Positions 52,145 to 60,514 are shown, counted from the stretch's first letter. The stretch is DNA of 64,000 nt from an uncultured bacterium (GCA_963717085.1 CAVQVM010000013.1:71442-135441); one strand, 5' to 3'. The notes: generated by a model from the sequence alone, not told the origin. Translations and numbers: made by a program.

Positions 52145-52345
52145 TCAGGCCGCCCGCAGCGATCCGCGAGAGTCCCCAGGGTCCTGCCGCACGTCGGTGC
52201 CTTCGAGGTCGACATTGGGCAGAATTCGGCCGAGCCAGGCGGCGGGCAGCCACCACGAGCGGCGGCCGAGAAGTGCGAGCACGGCCGGCACAAACGTCAT
52301 GCGGATGACGAAGGCGTCGACCGCGACGCCGAAGGCGATGGCCCG
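52145..52345 (-). pseudogene. C-terminal fragment of an MMPL transporter
   Basis: AFGVAVDAFVIRMTFVPAVLALLGRRSWWLP...LPNVDLEG. Confidence 0.7.
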
Positions 52346-52764
52346 TCCGCCCATTCGGTACGGCGGCTCGCGGCTCGTAGCCTACGCACGCCTCACTGGC
52401 AGCTATGGGCGGGGGTCAGCCCTTCACAGCAAGAGGCGCCAGGCCGGGGCACACCCTTTCGTCCGTGCTCGCCGTGGTCGGCGAAGTCGAGACCAGAACC
52501 GCCGTCAGCGTTGGCCCAGTCGCCGGCGACGACGGTGCCGGGTGCTCGTCGACGATCCGGTACGAACCCGGACCGCCACCCGAAGGTCCGACACCATCCC
52601 GATGACAGTTGGGGTTCCTTGACGCCGCGGGCGATTGCCCCCGTGACATCCGTCAATGACGAAGGACACCTGACGCCTGCGTCACCTGCGACCGACGGCT
52701 CCCGCCGGACGGCTCATCGTGGCGTTGCCGGGTGGCGGTCGCCCGGCACCGAGGAGGACAGACC

Positions 52765-53340
52765 ATGTCGTACTTCAGCAAGCGGGCACTGCGTTGGGCG
52801 GCACCGGTCGCTCTCGTGGGAGCTCTTGGACTCGCCGCATGCGGCGACAACGATGACACCGAGGCCGTCAGGGTTGCGGCGCCTAGCGTCGCCGGTCTCG
52901 GCAGCGACCAGCACCTCACCAACCAGGCCGAGGAGCTCGCTCGGGCGTCTGCCAGCGCCGGCAGCGACCAGCACCTGAACAACGCAGCCGACGAGATCGC
53001 CCGCGCCCAGCGAGCGAACGAGGCGGCATCAGCCAGGCTGGCCGGTGAAGCCGAACGACAGGCCCATCTCGACGGCAACGCCGAGACCTACGGGAACCTG
53101 TCAGCCGACACCGCCGAAGGCCTTGCCGACGAGCAGGCGGCGGCCCAGGCCGGTGCCAACACCAGCACCGCCAAGGCGTACGGCGACGAGCAGCGGCAGC
53201 CAGACACTGGCGTCGGGCCGAACACGGCCGAGGCCGGCAACCGTGCCGCCCAGCAGGCGCAGGCCGATGCGTACGTGCAGCAACAGCAGGATCGGGCGGA
53301 CGGCTCGACCAACGAACGCTACATGCTCCCCGATTGGTAG
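52765..53340 (+). CDS. Lipoprotein with internal repeats
   Basis: GAGGAGG RBS, LAAC lipobox, GSDQHLxN repeated. Confidence 0.8.
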   Translation: MSYFSKRALRWAAPVALVGALGLAACGDNDDTEAVRVAAPSVAGLGSDQHLTNQAEELARASASAGSDQHLNNAADEIARAQRANEAASARLAGEAERQAHLDGNAETYGNLSADTAEGLADEQAAAQAGANTSTAKAYGDEQRQPDTGVGPNTAEAGNRAAQQAQADAYVQQQQDRADGSTNERYMLPDW

Positions 53341-53370
53341 TGGTTGACGATTGCATCCCGGCGGGTGATC

Positions 53371-53397
53371 ACCGCCCGGCTGTTCCAGCCGGGCGGT
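53371..53397 (+). terminator. Hairpin after the lipoprotein gene
   Basis: ACCGCCCGGCTG-ttc-CAGCCGGGCGGT. Confidence 0.55.
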
Positions 53398-53505
53398 CAC
53401 ACCGCGAGATGACGGGGTTTCACCGGCTGCGACCGGCCGTGACTGGCGCCCGTGCGCTATGTGTCGGGGGCGATTCAAGGTTTGGTAGGTGGGAAGGAAA
53501 CGCGT

Positions 53506-53584
53506 ACCGATTGCCCGAATCGCGGACTGCTCGCCTGCCGGGTCGTCAGCACAGGACGACGGTGCGCGAGATCAGGCAGGTCTG
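53506..53584 (+). repeat. Intergenic palindromic repeat copy
   Basis: accgattgcccgaatcgcg...tcgcctgccgggtcgtcagcacaggacgacggtgcgcgagatcaggcaggtctg. Confidence 0.88.
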
Positions 53585-53734
53585 TCGCGGTGTGTGCTGT
53601 CCTGGATCGGCACATCGGTGACGCGGCCGCCGGTTCGAAACACCGGCCGGCTCCACTCGTCCGGACTCCCCTTGCCGACACAATCACTTCGATAGGGTCG
53701 GGTTCACTTTCACCCGATCGGAGGGGAGTTCGAC

Positions 53735-54577
53735 ATGGCATCAATTTCCGAGCGGGAGAACCGGGAGATCGAGGCGGCCAAAACCTCTGGCAACACCCCG
53801 GTCGTCTTCATCCACGGCCTCTGGCTGCTGCCGAGCAGCTGGGCCAACTGGGCGGACTTCTTCAAGCAGGCCGGCTACGCGCCGCTGACGCCGGACTGGC
53901 CAGACGATCCGGAAACGGTTGAAGAGGCCCGGGCGAACCCGGACGTTCTCGCCAAGAAGACCTTGGAGCAGGTGGCCGATCACACCACCGAGATCATCAA
54001 TGCCTTGGACAAGAAACCAGCGGTGATGGGGCACTCGACCGGGGGATTGCTGGCGCAGATGCTCGCGGGCCGGGGCCTCTCGGCGGCGACGGTGGCGATC
54101 GACCCCGGAGTCTTCCGCGGCGTTCTGCCTCTGCCTGCGTCGGTGCTCAGGGGGGTGGGCCCGTTCCTGGTCAACCCGCTCACGCGCGGCCGCGCGATCA
54201 CGCTCACGTTCGACCAGTTCAAGTACGGCTGGACGAACGCGCTGGACGAGAAGGAGGCGAAGGAGCTCTACGACACGTTCCACGTTGCGGGCTCCGGGAT
54301 TGCTCTCGTGCAGATGGGCAACGCGAACCTCAACCCGTGGACGGAGGCGAAGGTGAACACGAAGAACCCCGACCGCGGTCCCCTGCTGATCATCGACGGC
54401 GAGAAGGACCACACGGTGCCGTGGGCGATCGCGAACGCCGCCTTCAAGCGGCAGAGGCGCAACCCCGCCGTGACGGAGATCGTGAAGATGCCGAACCGGG
54501 GCCACTCGCTCACGATCGACCACGGCTGGCGCGAGGTCGCCCAGACGGCGCTCGACTTCGTCAAGCGGTTCGCCTAG
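53735..54577 (+). CDS. Alpha/beta hydrolase
   Basis: VVFIHGLW, GHSTGG, DHTVP, RGHSL. Confidence 0.92.
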   Translation: MASISERENREIEAAKTSGNTPVVFIHGLWLLPSSWANWADFFKQAGYAPLTPDWPDDPETVEEARANPDVLAKKTLEQVADHTTEIINALDKKPAVMGHSTGGLLAQMLAGRGLSAATVAIDPGVFRGVLPLPASVLRGVGPFLVNPLTRGRAITLTFDQFKYGWTNALDEKEAKELYDTFHVAGSGIALVQMGNANLNPWTEAKVNTKNPDRGPLLIIDGEKDHTVPWAIANAAFKRQRRNPAVTEIVKMPNRGHSLTIDHGWREVAQTALDFVKRFA

Positions 54578-54794
54578 GAGGAGGTTTCCTGGCGCCGGCG
54601 GTGGGCCAAGCCTCCCTGCACGCGAGTCACGGTCCTTCGATCGCGGCGATCTCTCATCTAGCGGCGTCGACCTGCGGCGACTCGGCCGTGCCGCCCGAGG
54701 GCGTCAGCACTAGCCCTCCGGCATCTCCCGCCGGCAGCGGAGGTCGGAGGGCGAGAGCAAAGCCCCGAAACGCCGGGCAGGTAGCGCCGCGGCG

Positions 54795-54877
54795 CACCGA
54801 TTGCCCGCACCGCGCTGGGGCTGCCACCGATGCCGCCGCTACAGATCGCCGGGGGCGCGGCGAGATCGGGAGATCTG
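54795..54877 (+). repeat. Intergenic palindromic repeat copy, subtype A
   Basis: caccgattgcccgcaccgcgctggggctgcca...ctacagatcgcc...gcgagatcgggagatctg. Confidence 0.8.
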
Positions 54878-54961
54878 AGCGCGTGTCGGTGGCCATCAGG
54901 AACTGTCCGGGGGGCGGTCAGAGTGGTGCCTGCTGACGGCCAGCGCTGAGCATTTGCGTGG

Positions 54962-55315
54962 CTAACCGTCAAGAACGTTCCACTGATCGATCACCCACCG
55001 CCAAGTGCCGTCGGGCTGGCGGCGAGCGACTTCAGCAGTCACCCCGCCATCGAGGAGGCGAGTCGAGCCCAGCGCCAAGTCACCGACTCGAAGGGAAGGC
55101 TGCTGATCCCCCAGTGTCAGATTCACCCCCGAGGCGACGAAGTCCTTGAACACCTGACGGATTGCCTCGCTCCCAACCGCCACCCTCCCGGGCTGGACGG
55201 CCATCGCAGCGTGCGGCTCGTAGAGCGCTACCAGGCCTTCGACGTCGCCTGCATTCACGCGTTCCACATAGAGGCGCTCAAGGTCCTCGGGCTCAACTGC
55301 GGGTACGTTCGCCAT
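54962..55315 (-). CDS. SnoaL/NTF2-like (YybH family) protein
   Basis: NAGDVEGLVALYEP, EVARRQPDGTWRWVID. Confidence 0.88.
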   Translation of the reverse strand: MANVPAVEPEDLERLYVERVNAGDVEGLVALYEPHAAMAVQPGRVAVGSEAIRQVFKDFVASGVNLTLGDQQPSLRVGDLALGSTRLLDGGVTAEVARRQPDGTWRWVIDQWNVLDG

Positions 55316-55320
55316 CGCGC

Positions 55321-55397
55321 CAGGTTGCCCGCTGCTTGCGGACCCCGCCTGTCGGTTCGTCAGCACAGAACGACGGGGCGCGAGATCGGCAGGTCTG
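55321..55397 (+). repeat. Intergenic palindromic repeat copy, 5 bp from the SnoaL ATG
   Basis: caggttgcccg...ccgcctgtcggttcgtcagcacagaacgacggggcgcgagatcggcaggtctg. Confidence 0.9.
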
Positions 55398-55431
55398 GCC
55401 TGATGGGTGGTGCAGTCGCTTCTCCGCTGCC

Positions 55432-55797
55432 TCACCACGCACACAGGCAGAAGAGGTGACCGACCGGGTCGGCGTACACGCGGAACTTGTCTTGCGTGTC
55501 GAGATGCCGTGCGCCAAGCGCAATCGCGCGTTCGTGTGCCGCTTCGAGGTCATCCACCGCCAGGTCCAGGTGCATTTGCTGCGGGACGGCCGGATCAGGC
55601 CAGGTCGGCGCGGTGAACTCGAGAGCACGCTGAAACGTGAGTGCCGTGCCCCCGCCCGGCGGATCGATGGCGACGAAATCGCCGTCGCTGTCGGGCACGG
55701 GCCACTCGAGCAAAGCGCCGTAGAACGTGGCGAGGGCGCGTGGGTCGGGACAGTCGATGGTCACGGTGTCGAAACGGGGAACGTTGGGGCCGGGCAT
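55432..55797 (-). CDS. VOC family protein
   Basis: IDCPDPRALATFY, QQMHLDL, YADPVGHLFC. Confidence 0.9.
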   Translation of the reverse strand: MPGPNVPRFDTVTIDCPDPRALATFYGALLEWPVPDSDGDFVAIDPPGGGTALTFQRALEFTAPTWPDPAVPQQMHLDLAVDDLEAAHERAIALGARHLDTQDKFRVYADPVGHLFCLCAW

Positions 55798-56028
55798 GAC
55801 GACCTCCTGGCGAGGTGAGCAACCCCGTGGGCAGCCGGCGAGGTCTACGGACCCGAACAGAATGCCCTGATGATTGTCTGAGCGCACGGAGCTGCGGGTG
55901 GTCGTAGCTTCGTGCGCTCACACAATCATCAGGGCAATATGTACTCCGAGGCGGCAGGGGCGGATGGTGCGTCTCGCCCTGATCGCTCGGCGCCGTGCGA
56001 GACAGAGACCGCCCCAAGAGGTAGCGCA

Positions 56029-56835
56029 ATGCCGTTGTACATGGATCGCCACGAGTTCGACGACAGCGTCACCCCTCTCGACATCGCACAGGCACACGCT
56101 CGCGACGTCGAGGTGCAGGCAAAATACGCCGTCGACTACATCACGTACTGGTTCGATCATCAGCGCGGAGCCGGTTTCTGTTTGGTTGACGGGCCGTCAG
56201 CCGAGGTTGTCGAAACTGTTCATCGCGAGGCGCATGGAATGGTCGGTACCAACGTGATCGAAGTTGATCGGGCAGCCGTCGAGGCGTTCCTCGGCCACCT
56301 GGACCGTCCTGTCACGGGCGAGGCGTTCGTGGCGACCGCGTTCCGGGCCATCCTGTTCACCGACATCGTCGGTTCGACTGAACTCACGCAGCGGCTCGGA
56401 GACGCTGGTGCCATGCGAGTCATCCGAGCCCACGACGCCATCGTGAACGATGCGATCCGCCGGGGGGGCGGCCAGCGGGTGAAGCACACCGGCGACGGCG
56501 TGATGGCGTCCTTCACCTCTGTGAGTCGCGCCGTGGAGACCGCGATCGCGATCCAGCGAGCGGTTACGGAGCGCAGCCGCCGCGACGAAGTGCCGTTCGA
56601 GATCCGCGCTGCGGTTAGTGCCGGTGAGCCAGTCACCGAAGGCGATGATCTCTTCGGTGCTGCCGTTCAGCTCGCGGCTCGGGTGTGCTCCACGTGCGAG
56701 CGCGGTCGCGTGTTGGTGTCGAGCGCGGTGCGCGAGCTGTGCGTCGGCAAGGGCCTTCAGTTCGAGGACAAGGGTCTTGTCGAACTCAAGGGCTTCGACG
56801 AGCCCATACACCTCTACGGGGTGATTTGGACCTGA
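56029..56835 (+). CDS. DUF4242 domain fused to a class III adenylate/guanylate cyclase
   Basis: MPLYMDRH...AHARD...FCLVDGP...VHREAHG; LFTDIVGST, VKHTGDG, DLFG, LAAR, LKG. Confidence 0.88.
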   Translation: MPLYMDRHEFDDSVTPLDIAQAHARDVEVQAKYAVDYITYWFDHQRGAGFCLVDGPSAEVVETVHREAHGMVGTNVIEVDRAAVEAFLGHLDRPVTGEAFVATAFRAILFTDIVGSTELTQRLGDAGAMRVIRAHDAIVNDAIRRGGGQRVKHTGDGVMASFTSVSRAVETAIAIQRAVTERSRRDEVPFEIRAAVSAGEPVTEGDDLFGAAVQLAARVCSTCERGRVLVSSAVRELCVGKGLQFEDKGLVELKGFDEPIHLYGVIWT

Positions 56836-56940
56836 AGTCGGATCTCGACACCTCAGGGGGATGGGCGGCTCATCGTGGGGGGCTGATCACCAGCTTCACG
56901 GGTCGCGACTTCCAGCCCCAAGGCCCGCTACACCAGGCGC

Positions 56941-57018
56941 CAGATCCGCCGATCTCGCGACTCGTCGTTCTGTACCCCGGATCCGGTGGGCAGCGTGTGC
57001 TCGCACCGGGCCAATCTG
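56941..57018 (-). repeat. Intergenic palindromic repeat copy
   Basis: Minus strand cagattggcccg...gtacagaacgacgagtcgcgagatcggcggatctg. Confidence 0.82.
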
Positions 57019-57067
57019 CGCCTCCACCGGCGTGAGCGGCTCAATGGAATCACTTACCAGCCATCAT

Positions 57068-57829
57068 TCAGCGATCGGCGGCCGCGTCGAGGGCGGGACG
57101 AAGAGCGGCTTCGTCGAACCCGTAGCGGGCCATCATCTCCAGATGCCCGGCTGTACCCAGGATGCGCCGCAGTTGCCCATCGAACGCATGGGCCAACTCA
57201 CGCGACGCACTGTGGAACGAGAACGCACCGAGCGGCAAGCCACGTCGCTCGCCAGCGCGGCTATCCGCGACCGATACCAGCCGTGGATCGCCCAACCTCG
57301 TGATGTAGGCGACGTTGCCGGGTGCGGTGCTGACCGAAGCGTCCGCGACACCGGCGAGCACGGCTGATGCTGCCGCGTCTTGGTCTGCAAACTCCACGAT
57401 CCGGTCGCTCGGCACACCGGCTCGGAGTGCGGTCTCCACCTGCATCTGGCCAGTGACAGCAGCGAGACGAATCGAGTCATCGTCAGCGATCGCGTCGTAG
57501 CTCGTGAAGTCGCGGACATCGCTTGATCGGACGATGAAGCTGTCGGTCGCCGCCCAGACCGGCACGCTGAATCGAACGCGCCGCGAACGCTCAGCTGTGA
57601 TGAACATCGGCGCGTTGATGTGCCAACGCCTCGACGTGACGCCGTCGATCAGTTCACCGAATGTCGTGAGCACGAAGTCAACACGACGGACGCCGAGGGC
57701 ACCTAGAACCATCCCGGTCAACTCGATGTCGCAGCCGGTCGGATCCGCGCCATCGCCAGGCATGAAGTAGGGCGGCTCGTCCAGATACGCAACCGCGCAG
57801 CGCTGGCGCCACGTCGCGGGATCAATCAC
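57068..57829 (-). CDS. Polar amino-acid ABC substrate-binding protein (EhuB-like), orphan
   Basis: EPPY, GCDIEL, MFITAER...FSVP; no permease adjacent. Confidence 0.8.
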   Translation of the reverse strand: MIDPATWRQRCAVAYLDEPPYFMPGDGADPTGCDIELTGMVLGALGVRRVDFVLTTFGELIDGVTSRRWHINAPMFITAERSRRVRFSVPVWAATDSFIVRSSDVRDFTSYDAIADDDSIRLAAVTGQMQVETALRAGVPSDRIVEFADQDAAASAVLAGVADASVSTAPGNVAYITRLGDPRLVSVADSRAGERRGLPLGAFSFHSASRELAHAFDGQLRRILGTAGHLEMMARYGFDEAALRPALDAAADR

Positions 57830-57874
57830 GCCTTCAACCTTGGATCACGCGATCAGCGCTGGATAGGCCCCACC

Positions 57875-57951
57875 CACATCTGCCGATCTCGCGCCGCGTC
57901 GTTCCGTGTTGACGGTCTGGCGAGCGGCGGGCACTCGGGTCGGGCAACCTG
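57875..57951 (-). repeat. Intergenic palindromic repeat copy
   Basis: Minus strand caggttgcccgaccc...ccgtcaacacggaacgacgcggcgcgagatcggcagatgtg. Confidence 0.88.
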
Positions 57952-58000
57952 TATCCGTGGCCCGGTCAGATCTCGCCGTTTGACGCGGACTTCGGTCACT

Positions 58001-58815
58001 TCAGATGGTGACCGCGAAGAGTCGCCATGCGGCGGGTATGCCTTTGAGTTCGTGCTCGCCGCGGTCGTCGAAAGTCGTACCCGAGCCTGCCACGAGATCG
58101 ACGACCGTCCGCGACACGAGCACTTCACCAGGCTGTGCGGTTTCGCACACGCGACATGCGAGGTGGACGGCGATGCCCGCCACCTCGGTGCCGCGTCGTT
58201 CGACTTCACCGGTGTGGATCCCGACGCGGACGTCGAGGCCGATCTGGCGGGCGGCGTCGCGGATCGCGGTCCCGCAACGGATCGCCCGGGCGGGGCCGTC
58301 GAAGGTGGCGAGCATGCCGTCACCGGTGAGCCTTTCTTGGTGACCCGAGAAGCGCGCCAGTTGTCGGCGCACGGCCTCGTCGTGGAGGTCGAGCACCGTC
58401 CGCCAGGCCCGGTCGCCGACGGTGGCGAGCTGGTCGGTGGAACCGACCACGTCGGAGAACAACAGGGTGGTGAGCTCCGAGTGCGGTCGACGGCCACGCG
58501 GGTGCCGGTCAGGAACTCTTCGATCTCGTCGACGACGACGGGATCCACAGCCGAACCCAAGAACACCTGAAGGTCGGCGCCGGGAAGCTCCACCAGCCGG
58601 GCATTCGGGATGTGTTGGGCGAGATACCGGCCATGCTCGATGGGAAGGAAGCGGTTCTCCACTGTGTGCAAGACGAGCGTCGGCGCACTGATGGCCGGCA
58701 GGACCGCTCGTACGTCCGTCGCGTACAGCTGACGCATGATCGCGCGAACTCTGAACGCCAGCCGGGCGTCCCCACTGATCGCGTAGCGGACATCGACCTC
58801 GGTGTCCACGGCCAC
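58001..58815 (-). pseudogene. LipJ-like alpha/beta hydrolase-adenylate cyclase fusion with hydrolase core deleted and a frameshift near 58490
   Basis: VRYAISGDARLAFRV joined to RAIMRQLYATDVRAVLPAISAPTLVLH; LFSDVVGST, TGDG, RVGIHTGE, ELKG. Confidence 0.8.
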
Positions 58816-58875
58816 ATCGTCGCGCCCTGTCGACGAGCAAACCACGCCGGCCCTACGCAAGTCGCGCTGCCGCGC

Positions 58876-58951
58876 CAGATCTGGCGATCTCGCGCCTTGG
58901 CGATCTGTAGGGCCGGCCTCGCTGGCAGCCCGAGCGCGGTCCGGCAATCTG
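58876..58951 (-). repeat. Intergenic palindromic repeat copy, subtype A
   Basis: Minus strand cagattgccggaccgcgctcgggctgcca...ctacagatcgccaaggcgcgagatcgccagatctg. Confidence 0.85.
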
Positions 58952-59084
58952 TACTCGTGGCGGTGCGGGGCTTGCGTCCGGGGGGTGATGGCCCGAGGCA
59001 GGCGCCGGCCCGGTGGCGCTGACGGCCTTCGGAGGAGATCCGCGCACCGGGGGCGGGGCTACGTCCAGCCCGACGGAACCCGCG

Positions 59085-59900
59085 TCAGTGGTGGTGGCCC
59101 TGGCGGCCGAGGGTCTCCACGGGGGTCGCGCCGGGGCGGATCCACTGCGGCACGGGCCGGCTGGTCGGGCCCCAGGTCGCGACGCCGTCGGCATCCGAGC
59201 GCCAGTACCAGCAGGCCTGGCGGCCCTCGGACGGGTGCCCCTCGCGGACATCGCCGATCACGGGCCAGCCCTCGGGGTTGTCCTCCCACGCCTCGCCGCG
59301 GCCGTAGGGCGTCATGTCGAGCAGGCTCAAGGACCCATTGACCGGCTCGTTGCCACGGCCCGTCGTGGAGTAGGTGAGGAACACGCGGTCGCCGTCGCGC
59401 AGGAAACAGACGATGTGCCCCATTCCTCCGCCGACCGGCGCCTCCACGCCCCGCACCGAGTACCAGGGCTGGGTGTAACCCATGAACTCGACGTAGGGAG
59501 CCACCTCGTCCCACGGGCCCGAGGTCAGGACGGCGAACGAGACGCCCCGGGCGTTGAGGTAGACGGCGTCCTTCACGTGCCAGGCCGTGGTGGTGCAGCC
59601 CTCGCACTGCCCCTGGTACGGCGCGCCGTCGTACCACATGTGCTTGTAGACCACGAGCTCGTCGCGACCCTGGAACAGGTCGACGAACGGGACCGGCCCG
59701 TCAACGCCGGTGACCTCGACCGCGCCGTCGAGCTCGACCATCGGCAGCCGCCGCCGGGCCGCGGCGATCGCGTCGCCCTCACGGGTGTGCGCCTTCTCGC
59801 GGACCAGCAGCTCCTCGCGCGCCGCCTGCCAGGTGGCCAGGGCGACGACTGGCGGCTTGCCGGGGAGGTTGCTGCTCGCGTTGCCGGGCGTGGTCGTCAT
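59085..59900 (-). CDS. DUF899 thioredoxin-like protein
   Basis: REKAHTREGDAIAAARRRLPM, CEGCT, LDMTPYGRGEAWEDNPEGWP. Confidence 0.92.
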   Translation of the reverse strand: MTTTPGNASSNLPGKPPVVALATWQAAREELLVREKAHTREGDAIAAARRRLPMVELDGAVEVTGVDGPVPFVDLFQGRDELVVYKHMWYDGAPYQGQCEGCTTTAWHVKDAVYLNARGVSFAVLTSGPWDEVAPYVEFMGYTQPWYSVRGVEAPVGGGMGHIVCFLRDGDRVFLTYSTTGRGNEPVNGSLSLLDMTPYGRGEAWEDNPEGWPVIGDVREGHPSEGRQACWYWRSDADGVATWGPTSRPVPQWIRPGATPVETLGRQGHHH

Positions 59901-60044
59901 GGTGTCCTCCGCTGTCTCGTCTCGTGCGCTCGCCGGGCTCCCTGGGGGCGCCTGTCAACGGAGACGACTCACGGTACCGAGACTCATCGATCCGAGTGCC
60001 AGGTTTACCTTCCGCGGGCCGGTAGTTGAACGACTCGGCGCCGG

Positions 60045-60344
60045 TCAGGGGCAGTGGGTTGCGGGGTCCCCGTCGATCTCGCCGAGGAAGGCGCCGAACT
60101 CACCGACGTGGGTGCCGTCGCCAACGACCTCCTCGGCAACGTTGCCCAGACCGAGGCGAGGCTCGTCCTGTGACGAGGCGTGCTCGCCGATGTCGTGGTT
60201 CGCCACGGCTCGCTGGGCCGTGACCACGCCCAGGCAGTTGGGATTGGCGGGCGGCGTGCCGCCCAGCGCCGGAGGCGCCCCGGAGAGCACAGCGATCAGT
60301 CCGGCGGACAGACGGGTCGACAGGCCGGCGGTCGATCCACGCAC
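60045..60344 (-). CDS. Small secreted protein with two Cys (99 aa)
   Basis: GGAGG RBS before GTG 60344; hydrophobic leader; PPANPNCLG...THCP. Confidence 0.7.
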   Translation of the reverse strand: MRGSTAGLSTRLSAGLIAVLSGAPPALGGTPPANPNCLGVVTAQRAVANHDIGEHASSQDEPRLGLGNVAEEVVGDGTHVGEFGAFLGEIDGDPATHCP

Positions 60345-60514
60345 GGTTGGAACCTCCCTGGCGTGCCTGCGCGGAGGGGCACAAATCAGCCGGAGGACCG
60401 GTCGACCACAAGCCTTTCCGCCACGGCCGAAACTCCTTGACACGGTGGTGCGCCGGCCAAACGATGGGTGCCCCTGGCTCGTCCACGATCGCTCGGCTCG
60501 GGTGGTTTGCACGC

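Noticed and set aside
16328-55459. Short ORFs with recurring peptides such as RQHRTTGREI or SAQNDGARDR
   Set aside because: They are translations of the DNA repeat in various frames, with indels not in multiples of three.
6241-58951. Repeat family as a CRISPR array
   Set aside because: Copies are ~80 bp, divergent and separated by whole genes rather than 30-40 bp spacers; no cas genes.
9315-58951. Repeats as canonical integron attC sites
   Set aside because: No RYYYAAC/GTTRRRY boxes (GTTGCCC does not fit) and no intI in the window; only an architectural analogy is claimed.
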